Origin: an uncultured Halobacteroidaceae bacterium
Lineage (GTDB): Bacteria > Bacillota > Halanaerobiia > Halobacteroidales > Halobacteroidaceae
DNA length: 32,000 nucleotides
Direction of reading: 5' to 3'
Assembly (NCBI GenBank): GCA_964346395.1
Contig: CAYFUT010000014.1
Location: 1-32,000 of the forward strand
Both the position numbers and the translations under genes were made by a program. Positions 6,510 to 14,717 of this stretch are shown piece after piece. The stretch's first letter is position 1. Each line of letters begins with the position of its first letter. The notes under the pieces were generated by a model, which saw only the letters and a list, made by a program, of their open reading frames with translations, did no database searches and was not told the origin of the DNA.

Positions 6510-8159
6510 ATGAAAAAATTAATGATAATTTTTACAGCGGTTGTTTTAGTGTGGGGACTGGCTGCTGTGGGGGTAGAAGCTAGTGACCAGCAAGCTAATG
6601 CAAAAATAGAAATTAATAATCTTAATTTTAAGGAGGTTAAGCTGAGAGATGCTTTTCGTGCTTTAGCAGATATAGCAAATATGAATGTAATTACTGATGA
6701 TTCTGTGAGTGATGATAAAAAAGTTACCCTTCAATTAACGAATATTACTTTTTTTGAAGCAGTAGAACTATTAGCTAGAACGAATAATTTGGATTACAAA
6801 ATAGTAAATAATACGGTTTTAATAGCTGAACCCGGAAATTTAAGAAAAGGCTTTCAAGAAAAAGAGACTAAAGTTTTCAAATTACAAAATGCAGAACCAA
6901 AAGCAATTAAAGAAAGCATTACTTCTATAGTTGATGAAAAGAGTATTAAAGTAGATGAAAGGGCAGAAAGTTTAATTATAACTGCTTATGAAGGACAATT
7001 GGAGAAAGTAAGAACGGTTATTAAATCGCTTGATAAGGCAAAACAGCAGATAGTAATTCAGGCGCGGATTGAAGAGGTATCACATGATGGATTGAAAGAG
7101 CTAGGAATTGATTGGGATTTTGGTGATTTAAAAGTTAGTGCGGGAGGAAGTGATTCTGATTCTGGGGGAGCTAATTTAGAGGTAGGAAATGTTAAGTTGA
7201 GTTATAGTTCAATGCTAAATATGTTAGAGGAAAATAACCAAGCTACTGTTTTGGCTAATCCGCAGATAACTACTATTGATGGAAAGCAAGCTAATATAAA
7301 TATTGGTGATGAGGTACCGATAGTAAGGTCAGGTACAGATGGTGCTCCGAAAGTTAATTTTAAGGATGTAGGAATTAATTTAACTATTAAACCGCAGATT
7401 ACTGAGAAAAACCAAGTATTTATCAATGTTACGCCGGAAGTCAGTGTAGTTAGTAAGTATATTGAAACTCAGGGAGGTAAGTATCCAGTAGTTAGCAGCA
7501 GAAAAGCACAGACTAATGTAAAAGTAGAAAGCGGCGAGACAATTGCTTTAGGCGGCTTAATTAAAGAAGAAGAAATGGAAAAAATGTCTAAGGTGCCGGT
7601 GCTAGGAAATCTGCCGGTGTTAGGAAAGTTATTTCAGAAAAAGAATACTAGGCGAGAAAAACGAGAATTAATTATCTTTTTAACTCCTGAAATTATTGGG
7701 GAAAAGAAGGTAGTTAGTAGTGAAAGTGAGCAAAAGGGAAGCGATAAATCAGGAAGTAGTATTGGTAGCTCTCAAGTTGAACCGGGAATAGTGTCCATTG
7801 GTTATAAAGTTAAAGAAGATGAAACTTTATGGGGCATTGGCCAGAAATTTAATATTTTCTATGCTAAAATCATGAGAGCTAATAATTTACGTTCCAAAGG
7901 AGAAATAAAAGCAGGTCAAACGCTAGAAGTTCCTGTTCCTAAACGCTATTATTATCGAGTTAAAAAAGGAGATACTATCGAAGAGATAGCTTCTAAATAT
8001 AATATAAAGCCGGAGCGAATTAAAGATATTAACGGTATCAGCAGTTTAGATGATAAATATGGTATGAAGTTAGTACTACCAGTAAAAGTAAAAGATGAAG
8101 ATTGGGTAGTAGACTTTTCTAAAGATAAAGAGGAATATAGAAAGCACATGGACAACTAA
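6510..8159 (+). CDS. pilQ: Type IV pilus secretin PilQ with two C-terminal LysM domains
   Basis: ATG 6510 follows the upstream stop (the TTG 6489 in the ORF track is less likely). Signal peptide ...AAVGVEA|S, N0/N1-like domains, secretin core (VLANPQITTIDGKQANINIGDEVP, VPVLGNLPVLGKLF). LysM-like repeats at 7803-7937 and 7953-8084. Confidence 0.9.
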   Translation: MKKLMIIFTAVVLVWGLAAVGVEASDQQANAKIEINNLNFKEVKLRDAFRALADIANMNVITDDSVSDDKKVTLQLTNITFFEAVELLARTNNLDYKIVNNTVLIAEPGNLRKGFQEKETKVFKLQNAEPKAIKESITSIVDEKSIKVDERAESLIITAYEGQLEKVRTVIKSLDKAKQQIVIQARIEEVSHDGLKELGIDWDFGDLKVSAGGSDSDSGGANLEVGNVKLSYSSMLNMLEENNQATVLANPQITTIDGKQANINIGDEVPIVRSGTDGAPKVNFKDVGINLTIKPQITEKNQVFINVTPEVSVVSKYIETQGGKYPVVSSRKAQTNVKVESGETIALGGLIKEEEMEKMSKVPVLGNLPVLGKLFQKKNTRREKRELIIFLTPEIIGEKKVVSSESEQKGSDKSGSSIGSSQVEPGIVSIGYKVKEDETLWGIGQKFNIFYAKIMRANNLRSKGEIKAGQTLEVPVPKRYYYRVKKGDTIEEIASKYNIKPERIKDINGISSLDDKYGMKLVLPVKVKDEDWVVDFSKDKEEYRKHMDN

Positions 8160-8168
8160 ATCAAAAGT

Positions 8169-8207
8169 AAGGGGGAGCTGTTATTAGGCTTCCCCTTTAT
8201 TTATGTT
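8169..8207 (+). terminator. Intrinsic terminator after pilQ
   Basis: AAGGGGGAGC (8169-8178) pairs with GCTTCCCCTT (8188-8197) with one G-U, followed by a T-rich tail TATTTATGTT. Confidence 0.6.
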
Positions 8208-8294
8208 AGCGAGAAATCATATTTTTTAAAGGATATAGATAATTTTCATCAAAAAGAACAAGTTAGCTTCTATTCGTGGGAAATGATTTTATAT

Positions 8295-8348
8295 AAAGTA
8301 AGTAGTGTATAGTACTCAATTAATTGAGTACTATACACTACTTACTTT
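8295..8348. repeat. 54-bp perfect palindrome
   Basis: AAAGTAAGTAGTGTATAGTACTCAATT|AATTGAGTACTATACACTACTTACTTT. Each 27-nt arm is the exact reverse complement of the other, with no spacer. Confidence 0.95.
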
Positions 8349-8423
8349 GATTTATAGGAGGATTAACGATATAATGATGTTGTTATCTTCTTAGCTGGAT
8401 ACTTGCTTGATAGGAGGGGTAAA

Positions 8424-8687
8424 ATGTGGATTATTATAGTATCGTTAGTAATTGGATTTGGATTAGGGTATTTTAATTTATTGCCGGCTAAAATGAAAGA
8501 ATTGACGAATTATTTAGTGTTTGGCGGACTATTTTTATTAATTTTTAGTATGGGACTGCAGGTAGGAGCTAATCCAGAGGTAATTAATAAGTTAGATCAC
8601 CTAGGATTACAAGCAATTATGTTAGCAGCAGGGACAATAATTGGTAGTCTAGTATTTATTTTAATTTTCGAATATTATTGGAGGTAA
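8424..8687 (+). CDS. LysO/DUF340-family membrane protein, small N-terminal subunit
   Basis: AGGAGG 6-7 nt upstream of ATG 8424. 87-aa product with three hydrophobic segments, resembling the N-terminal part of YbjE/LysO-type exporters that are split in Firmicutes. Confidence 0.6.
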   Translation: MWIIIVSLVIGFGLGYFNLLPAKMKELTNYLVFGGLFLLIFSMGLQVGANPEVINKLDHLGLQAIMLAAGTIIGSLVFILIFEYYWR

Positions 8688-8692
8688 TAAGT

Positions 8693-9289
8693 ATGGTACT
8701 TGCACTTGTTTTAACAGTTTTAACAGGAATTATAGTTGGTTATTTTTTAATTCCAGTTAGTTGGATAACTCAGATAGATACTGTTTCTACTGGTTTGTTG
8801 TTTATTTTATTATTAGGTATTGGAATTGATCTTGGAGGAAGCGACCGGCTGTTTGCTAGAATTAAAGAATTAGGTTATAAGGTGTTATTAATTCCGTTAT
8901 TGATTGCTGCTGGTAGTATTGTAGGAGCTATGGTAGTAGGTAACTGGCTTGATTTTCCTCTTAATGAAGCGGGAGCAGTGGGGGCAGGTTTTGGCTGGTA
9001 TAGTTTATCTGGAATTATATTAGGGAAACTACATAGTGCTAAATTAGGGGCTTTAGCTTTTCTAACTAATATAACTAGGGAGATCATGGCGATTATTATG
9101 ATTCCGCTGTTAGCTAAAAAAAGAAATTTATCGGTTATTGCTCCTGGAGGAGCTACTACTATGGATACGACTCTGCCTTTGATTTCGGAAAGTGTAAATC
9201 AGCCTGAAATAGTAATTACTGCTTTTATTAGTGGCAGTATTTTGTCTGCTTTGGTTCCTGTTTTAGTACCACTGCTAATTCAATTATAA
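8693..9289 (+). CDS. LysO/DUF340-family membrane protein, large subunit
   Basis: GGAGG 8 nt upstream of ATG 8693. Polytopic membrane protein with the GFGWYSLSG and GGATTMDTTLPLI motifs that I associate with DUF340/lysine exporter proteins. Confidence 0.6.
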   Translation: MVLALVLTVLTGIIVGYFLIPVSWITQIDTVSTGLLFILLLGIGIDLGGSDRLFARIKELGYKVLLIPLLIAAGSIVGAMVVGNWLDFPLNEAGAVGAGFGWYSLSGIILGKLHSAKLGALAFLTNITREIMAIIMIPLLAKKRNLSVIAPGGATTMDTTLPLISESVNQPEIVITAFISGSILSALVPVLVPLLIQL

Positions 9290-9290
9290 G

Positions 9291-9410
9291 TTATTTTTTG
9301 AAGATAGATAAGAGCCATTTGAAAGGAGCAGGAAGACTAAAACCTCCTCCTACAGATTTTAAATCTTCATCTTCATCCTGAGACCAGGTAAATAGAAAGT
9401 CAATTTGCAT
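9291..9410 (-). CDS. Candidate small ORF (39 aa) not in the ORF track
   Basis: Minus strand reads GGGGAGGTTTGCT-ATG (strong RBS, 6-nt spacing), then MQIDFLFTWSQDEDEDLKSVGGGFSLPAPFKWLLSIFKK, then TAA. Convergent with the DUF340 gene and ends 1 nt from its stop. Confidence 0.3.
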   Translation of the reverse strand: MQIDFLFTWSQDEDEDLKSVGGGFSLPAPFKWLLSIFKK

Positions 9411-9655
9411 AGCAAACCTCCCCTTTCTTGTTTCGGAAGTGACTTATTTTATGTGTATGTATTGGGGAGCAGAAAGTTACTATTTTTTATTGGCAAAGAT
9501 TGTATTTTTTCTGGAGGGGAAGCTAATTTTCCTGTTGAAAATTAAAGGAATTTCAAAAGCTAGCTAGAAAGCAACAAATAAGGACTTGTAATTTATATTA
9601 AACTGAGATTTTAGAAATAATAGATATAAAACTGATAATAAAAAGGTGGTAGATT

Positions 9656-10606
9656 ATGGAGTTTGAACATATTCCGGTATTATTGCCGGAAGTAATTAAG
9701 TATTTGGACTGCAGTCACGCAGGTATTTATGTAGATTGTACTTTAGGAGGTGCTGGTCACGCCCAAAAGATTGCTCAAAAAATTGGTGTTAATGGTAAGC
9801 TAGTGGGAATTGATCAGGATCAGGCAGCTATTATAGCAGCTCAGTCTAAACTAGAGAAGGTAGAGGCAGAAGTAGAACTAGTACGGGCCAACTTCCAGGA
9901 TTTGGAGTCGGTGTTGGATGATTTAGGTATTGAGCAGGTAGACGGAGTTTTATTTGATTTAGGTGTATCTTCTTATCAATTAGATAATCCAGAGCGGGGT
10001 TTTAGTTATCAGCAGGAAGCTCCTTTAGATATGCGGATGGATCAGCGCCAGGAGACAACGGCAGCTGATTTAGTGAATAATTTATCACATCGGGAATTAA
10101 CAAAAATCATTGAGCAGTATGGAGAAGAAAAATGGGCGGACAGAATTGCCCAGTTTATAGTAGATAAAAGGGAACGGAAGCCGATTACTACTACTACCCA
10201 ATTAGTGGAGATTATTAAAGCAGCTATTCCAGCTTCGGCTCGGAGATCTGGTCCTCATCCTGCCAAACGGACTTTTCAGGCTTTACGAATTGCGGTTAAT
10301 GGGGAATTAGATGTTATTGAAGATGCTTTACAGGCAGCAGTGAACAGGCTGCAGCCGGGGGGGAGATTAGCGGTAATTACTTTTCATTCTTTGGAAGATA
10401 GGATTGTTAAGCATACTTTTAAAGACTTAGCTAAAGACTGCATTTGTCCGCCTAAGTTACCAGTTTGCGGCTGTGATGAAGAGGCTGAAATCGAAATTGT
10501 GACTACTGTTGCTCCTACTGAAGAGGAAATCAGACGCAACTCTAGAGCCCGCAGTGCGCGATTACGAGTAGTGGAAAAGAAAAGTTCTAAAGTTAAAGGC
10601 AGGTGA
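9656..10606 (+). CDS. rsmH: 16S rRNA (cytosine1402-N4)-methyltransferase RsmH (MraW)
   Basis: HIPVLLPEV, DCTLGGAGH, DLGVSSYQLD and ITFHSLEDRIVK motifs. First gene of the dcw cluster. Confidence 0.93.
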   Translation: MEFEHIPVLLPEVIKYLDCSHAGIYVDCTLGGAGHAQKIAQKIGVNGKLVGIDQDQAAIIAAQSKLEKVEAEVELVRANFQDLESVLDDLGIEQVDGVLFDLGVSSYQLDNPERGFSYQQEAPLDMRMDQRQETTAADLVNNLSHRELTKIIEQYGEEKWADRIAQFIVDKRERKPITTTTQLVEIIKAAIPASARRSGPHPAKRTFQALRIAVNGELDVIEDALQAAVNRLQPGGRLAVITFHSLEDRIVKHTFKDLAKDCICPPKLPVCGCDEEAEIEIVTTVAPTEEEIRRNSRARSARLRVVEKKSSKVKGR

Positions 10607-10618
10607 ATAAGATTGGAA

Positions 10619-11098
10619 ATGAAAAATCATAATCGGGGCAGTTATTATTATTCGGAAGAAGAGGGGGATACTTCTTCTGGAAGGCGGAATTTAAAGTATT
10701 TGTTACTGTTTATTTTTGTAATCATCTGTATGTTAATAATGGTTCTGCTGCATATTAATCAATATGCTCAATTGTCCCGTAAGAATTTACAGATAGAAGA
10801 ATTAAAAGAAAAGCGGAATCAATTAAAAACTGAAACGGCTCACCTGCGTTTACAAGTATCCAAATTAATATCTTTAGAGCGGATAGAACGCCGGGCTAAA
10901 AAAAATCTGAATTTGAAGCATCCCGAGGAGATAAATTATGTAGTGCTAGAGAATGAAGCTGCTGAAGAAAATTCTAGTTCGAAAAAAGAAGCAGAAAAAA
11001 CTATGGTAGCAGAAAAAAGCTGGCCGAAAAAAGTAGAAGATTGGTTTAAAAATCTAGCTAATGTGCAAGCAGATACTTTAGATAAGCAGGAGCCTTGA
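10619..11098 (+). CDS. ftsL: Cell division protein FtsL-like (bitopic, coiled coil)
   Basis: Position between rsmH and the PBP gene. Single TM segment (LLLFIFVIICMLIMVLL) followed by a coiled coil (LQIEELKEKRNQLKTETAHLRLQV). TTG 10613 is an in-frame alternative start. Confidence 0.7.
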   Translation: MKNHNRGSYYYSEEEGDTSSGRRNLKYLLLFIFVIICMLIMVLLHINQYAQLSRKNLQIEELKEKRNQLKTETAHLRLQVSKLISLERIERRAKKNLNLKHPEEINYVVLENEAAEENSSSKKEAEKTMVAEKSWPKKVEDWFKNLANVQADTLDKQEP

Positions 11099-11114
11099 TG
11101 GGGGGAACTGTCAG

Positions 11115-13214
11115 GTGAATAAAGTTAGTTATAAAGTTAGGGTTAGAATTATAGTTTTATTAGGGTTGTTGATTTTAGGATTAGCTCTGCTGGGAATTCG
11201 GCTAGGCTGGATCCAGTTATTTAAAAATAAGGATTATCAAAAACTGGCTTTACAGCAGCGGCTGCGGAATGTAAAAGTTGAACCTAAGCGGGGGATTATT
11301 TATGATCGCAACGGAGTAGAATTAGCAGTTAGTGCTAGTGCTGAAACAGTAGTAGCTGCCCCCCAAGATATAGAAAATCCCCGCCAGACAGCTGAGAAGT
11401 TAACTCAAATTCTTGATAAATCAGAAGATAAGATTTATCAGCGGTTAACTAGACAGTTGGCAGCTGTTTATGTTGAGCGAAAGATTGAGGAGGAACAGGC
11501 CGAAAAAATAAGAGAATTGGATTTAAAAGGTATCTATTTTACGGAAGAAAGTAAAAGATACTATCCTAAGGGAGCTTTGGGATCCCATTTATTAGGCTTT
11601 GCAGGGGTGGATAGTCAAGGACTACAGGGAGTTGAGTTATCCTATGATAATAAATTAAGGGGAACCCCAGGGCGGATTGCAATTGAGAGTGATGCAGTAG
11701 GTAGAGAAATTCCGAAAGGAATTAGCAAATATATTGCCCCTGACGATGGGAATAATTTATACTTAACTATTGATCATGTTTTGCAGTATATTGTAGAACG
11801 AGAATTAGAGGAAGCAATGCAGCAGTATGATGCCCAAGGCGGGACAATTGTAATGATGGATCCTGAGTCCGGCGATTTATTGGCGTTAGCTAATCGACCA
11901 ACGTATGATCCTAATCAGTTTGCTGATTTTCCGCCTGAGTTATGGCGCAATAGAGCAGTTTCTGATACTTATGAGCCGGGCTCTACGTTTAAGATTGTTA
12001 CGGCTGCTGCGGGACTAGAAGAAGGGGTAGTTCATCCGCAGGATAAATTTTATGACCCTGGGTATATTAAAGTTGCCGGGCAGAAATTAGACTGCTGGAA
12101 GGAAGGCGGTCACGGCAAGCAGACGTTTGCAGAAGTGGTGCAAAATTCCTGCAATCCCGGGTTTGTTCAGGTAGGACAGCGGGTGGGAAAAGAGGATTTT
12201 TATAAGTATATTAAAGCTTTTGGTTTCGGCCGTAAGACGGATATCAAATTACCGGGCGAGGCGAGTGGATTAATTTATGATATTAATAATGTAGGTCCGG
12301 TGGAGCTGGCTACTATGTCCTTCGGGCATGGAATTTCTGTAACTCCGATGCAGTTAATTACAGCTGTATCAGCAGTTGCCAATGATGGCCAATTGTTGGA
12401 ACCGCAGGTAGTAAAAGAAGTACATAAGCCCAATGGAGAATTGATGAATAAAAAGCAGCCGGAACCAATCCGGCAGGTGATTTCGAAAAAAACAGCCCGT
12501 ACTTTGCGTGAATTACTTACCGGGGTAGTAGAAGAAGGTTCCGGAAAAAAAGCAGCAGTGGAAGGCTATAAGATAGGGGGTAAAACAGGTACTGCTAAGC
12601 ATTATGGGAAGCAGGTTTATGATACGTCTTTTGTAGGGATGCTGCCTGCAGATGATCCCCAGTTGGTAGGATTAGTGGTTTTGTATGGGGTTAGCAGTCA
12701 CCCTTATTATGGTTCGCAAGTAGCAGCGCCGATCTTTCACAACGTAGCGAAAGATGCTGTTCGCTATTTAGAAATTCCACCACAGAAAGAAAAAGAAGAG
12801 CAGGAAAAGGAAACCGAAGAGGATGAGGCAATTAAACAAGTGGAGGTACCAAACGTAAAGAACTTATCTTTATCAGAGGCTGAGGATAAATTAGTGGCAC
12901 GCGATTTGAATGTTAAATTAGAGGGTAGAGGAGATAAAATTGTAGAGCAGATTCCGCAGCCGGGAGTAGTTGTAGATGAAAACAGTACAGTGATTCTGTT
13001 TTTCCCTGGTACTCAGGAGCAGGAGGAAAAGTATCAAGTTAATGTACCTGATTTACAGGGGAAAACTCGACAGGAAGCAGCTCGCCTGCTGGGAGAACTC
13101 GGCCTTCGTTTGAAGTGGTCGGGGACAGGAGTAGTTAGCCGCCAGGATCCGTTTGCTGGCGAAACGGTTGAATATGGAGAATACGTGGAAGTTGAATTGA
13201 AAACCGATAATTAA
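11115..13214 (+). CDS. ftsI: Class B penicillin-binding protein (FtsI/PBP2B/SpoVD family) with two C-terminal PASTA domains
   Basis: GTG start 8 nt after GGGGGGA. SxxK = STFK, SxN = SCN, KTG = KTGT. Two PASTA-like repeats (VEVPNVKNLSLSEAEDKL..., VNVPDLQGKTRQEAARLL...). Confidence 0.9.
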   Translation: MNKVSYKVRVRIIVLLGLLILGLALLGIRLGWIQLFKNKDYQKLALQQRLRNVKVEPKRGIIYDRNGVELAVSASAETVVAAPQDIENPRQTAEKLTQILDKSEDKIYQRLTRQLAAVYVERKIEEEQAEKIRELDLKGIYFTEESKRYYPKGALGSHLLGFAGVDSQGLQGVELSYDNKLRGTPGRIAIESDAVGREIPKGISKYIAPDDGNNLYLTIDHVLQYIVERELEEAMQQYDAQGGTIVMMDPESGDLLALANRPTYDPNQFADFPPELWRNRAVSDTYEPGSTFKIVTAAAGLEEGVVHPQDKFYDPGYIKVAGQKLDCWKEGGHGKQTFAEVVQNSCNPGFVQVGQRVGKEDFYKYIKAFGFGRKTDIKLPGEASGLIYDINNVGPVELATMSFGHGISVTPMQLITAVSAVANDGQLLEPQVVKEVHKPNGELMNKKQPEPIRQVISKKTARTLRELLTGVVEEGSGKKAAVEGYKIGGKTGTAKHYGKQVYDTSFVGMLPADDPQLVGLVVLYGVSSHPYYGSQVAAPIFHNVAKDAVRYLEIPPQKEKEEQEKETEEDEAIKQVEVPNVKNLSLSEAEDKLVARDLNVKLEGRGDKIVEQIPQPGVVVDENSTVILFFPGTQEQEEKYQVNVPDLQGKTRQEAARLLGELGLRLKWSGTGVVSRQDPFAGETVEYGEYVEVELKTDN

Positions 13215-13247
13215 AAATAAAAGATAAAATGATAGGAGGGCCAACTG

Positions 13248-14717
13248 ATGAATCTAAAAAAATTAGTTGATGTATTAGAAGTAGAAACTATTACGGGGAA
13301 TTTAGATAAAGAAGTTTCTGGGATAGCTTATGATTCGCGGGAAGTAGAAGCCGGCCATTTGTTTGTGGCAATTAGCGGTTTTGAGATGGACGGTCATGAC
13401 TTTATTAAAGAAGCAGTTGAGGCGGGAGCAGAAGCTGTATTGGTAGAAAAAGAAGTGGAATTAGCTTCCGATATTCCGGCAGTTAAAGTGGCGGATACGC
13501 GCCATGCACTAGCGAAAGTAAGTGCTAAATTTTATGATTATCCGGCCCGCGATTTAACGGTTATCGGGGTGACGGGGACGAATGGAAAGACAACTACTAC
13601 TTATTTAATTGAAACTATCCTACGGGAATTAGGAATAGAAACGGGATTGATTGGGACAATCAAAAATAAAGTTGGAACGCAGGAAGCTGATGCCAGCCGA
13701 ACTACCCCGGAGTCACTTGATCTCCAGCGTTATTTTGCCCGCATGCGCGAAGAAGGAATTACTCATGTAGTCATGGAGGTTTCCTCCCATGCTTTAGCGT
13801 TGGATAGAGTTTTAGAGATTGATTTTGACCGCCAGGTATTTACTAATTTAAGTCAGGACCATCTTGACTTTCACGAGAGCTGGGAAGATTATTTTGCTGC
13901 TAAATTAAAATTATTTCAGTTTAACGAGCAACCGTCTATTGTGAATATAGATAATAAGTGGGGGCCAGAAATTATTAATCGGGCGGCAGGTGAAATGGTG
14001 ACCTATGGTGTAGAGAGTAGAGCTGATTTTACAGCTGATGAAATTAAGATTGATGCCCGCGGCGTCTCGTATCAACTGCAGATGGAAACTGAAGAGTTAG
14101 CAATTAATTTAAAATTAACTGGGCGGTTTAATGTGTATAATTCATTAGCTGCTGTGGCTGCTGTAGCTAGTTTGGGGTATGAACTGGGCGATATTAAAGC
14201 GGGACTTGAAACAGCTGAGCGGGTGCCCGGTAGATTCCAGCTAGTAGAAGCAGGTCAGGAATTTGGTGTGATTATTGATTATGCTCATACGCCGGATGGA
14301 ATGGAAAATGTCCTGGAGACTGCCCATGAGTTTACTTCCGGACGGGTGATTGTTCTCTTCGGCTGCGGTGGGGATAGAGATAGGAAGAAGCGGCCGATTA
14401 TGGGTCAACTGGGAATTGAACTGGCTGATTTAGCAGTGGTTACCTCGGATAATCCGCGCAGTGAAGAGCCGGCAGCTATCATTGAAGAAATTGTAGCGGG
14501 AATTGAAGAAGTAGACGGCCAACAGGGGGCAGATTATTTAGTAATTCAGGAGCGGGGAGCAGCAATTGAAGAGGCTGTTAAGTTAGCCGACCCCGAGGAT
14601 ATTATTCTGATTATCGGCAAGGGGCATGAAACTTATCAGGACTTCGGGGACCGAGTGATTGATTTTGACGATCGAGAAGTGGCGCGGCAAGCGATTCAGG
14701 CTGGGAGTGAAAGCTAA
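13248..14717 (+). CDS. murE: UDP-MurNAc-L-Ala-D-Glu:meso-diaminopimelate ligase MurE
   Basis: GVTGTNGKTTT P-loop. The DNPR motif (TSDNPRSEEP) is typical of meso-DAP-adding enzymes. dcw position. Confidence 0.93.
   Translation: MNLKKLVDVLEVETITGNLDKEVSGIAYDSREVEAGHLFVAISGFEMDGHDFIKEAVEAGAEAVLVEKEVELASDIPAVKVADTRHALAKVSAKFYDYPARDLTVIGVTGTNGKTTTTYLIETILRELGIETGLIGTIKNKVGTQEADASRTTPESLDLQRYFARMREEGITHVVMEVSSHALALDRVLEIDFDRQVFTNLSQDHLDFHESWEDYFAAKLKLFQFNEQPSIVNIDNKWGPEIINRAAGEMVTYGVESRADFTADEIKIDARGVSYQLQMETEELAINLKLTGRFNVYNSLAAVAAVASLGYELGDIKAGLETAERVPGRFQLVEAGQEFGVIIDYAHTPDGMENVLETAHEFTSGRVIVLFGCGGDRDRKKRPIMGQLGIELADLAVVTSDNPRSEEPAAIIEEIVAGIEEVDGQQGADYLVIQERGAAIEEAVKLADPEDIILIIGKGHETYQDFGDRVIDFDDREVARQAIQAGSES

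Noticed and set aside
8160-8423. Lysine riboswitch (L-box) expected upstream of a LysO-type exporter
   Set aside because: None of the conserved L-box core segments are visible. Only the terminator and the 54-bp palindrome are present.
9411-9655. Search for an mraZ remnant upstream of rsmH (including the 36-codon ORF at 9451-9561)
   Set aside because: None of the translations resemble the duplicated MraZ (SpoVT/AbrB-like) motif. The 36-aa ORF is hydrophobic, low-complexity and lacks an RBS.
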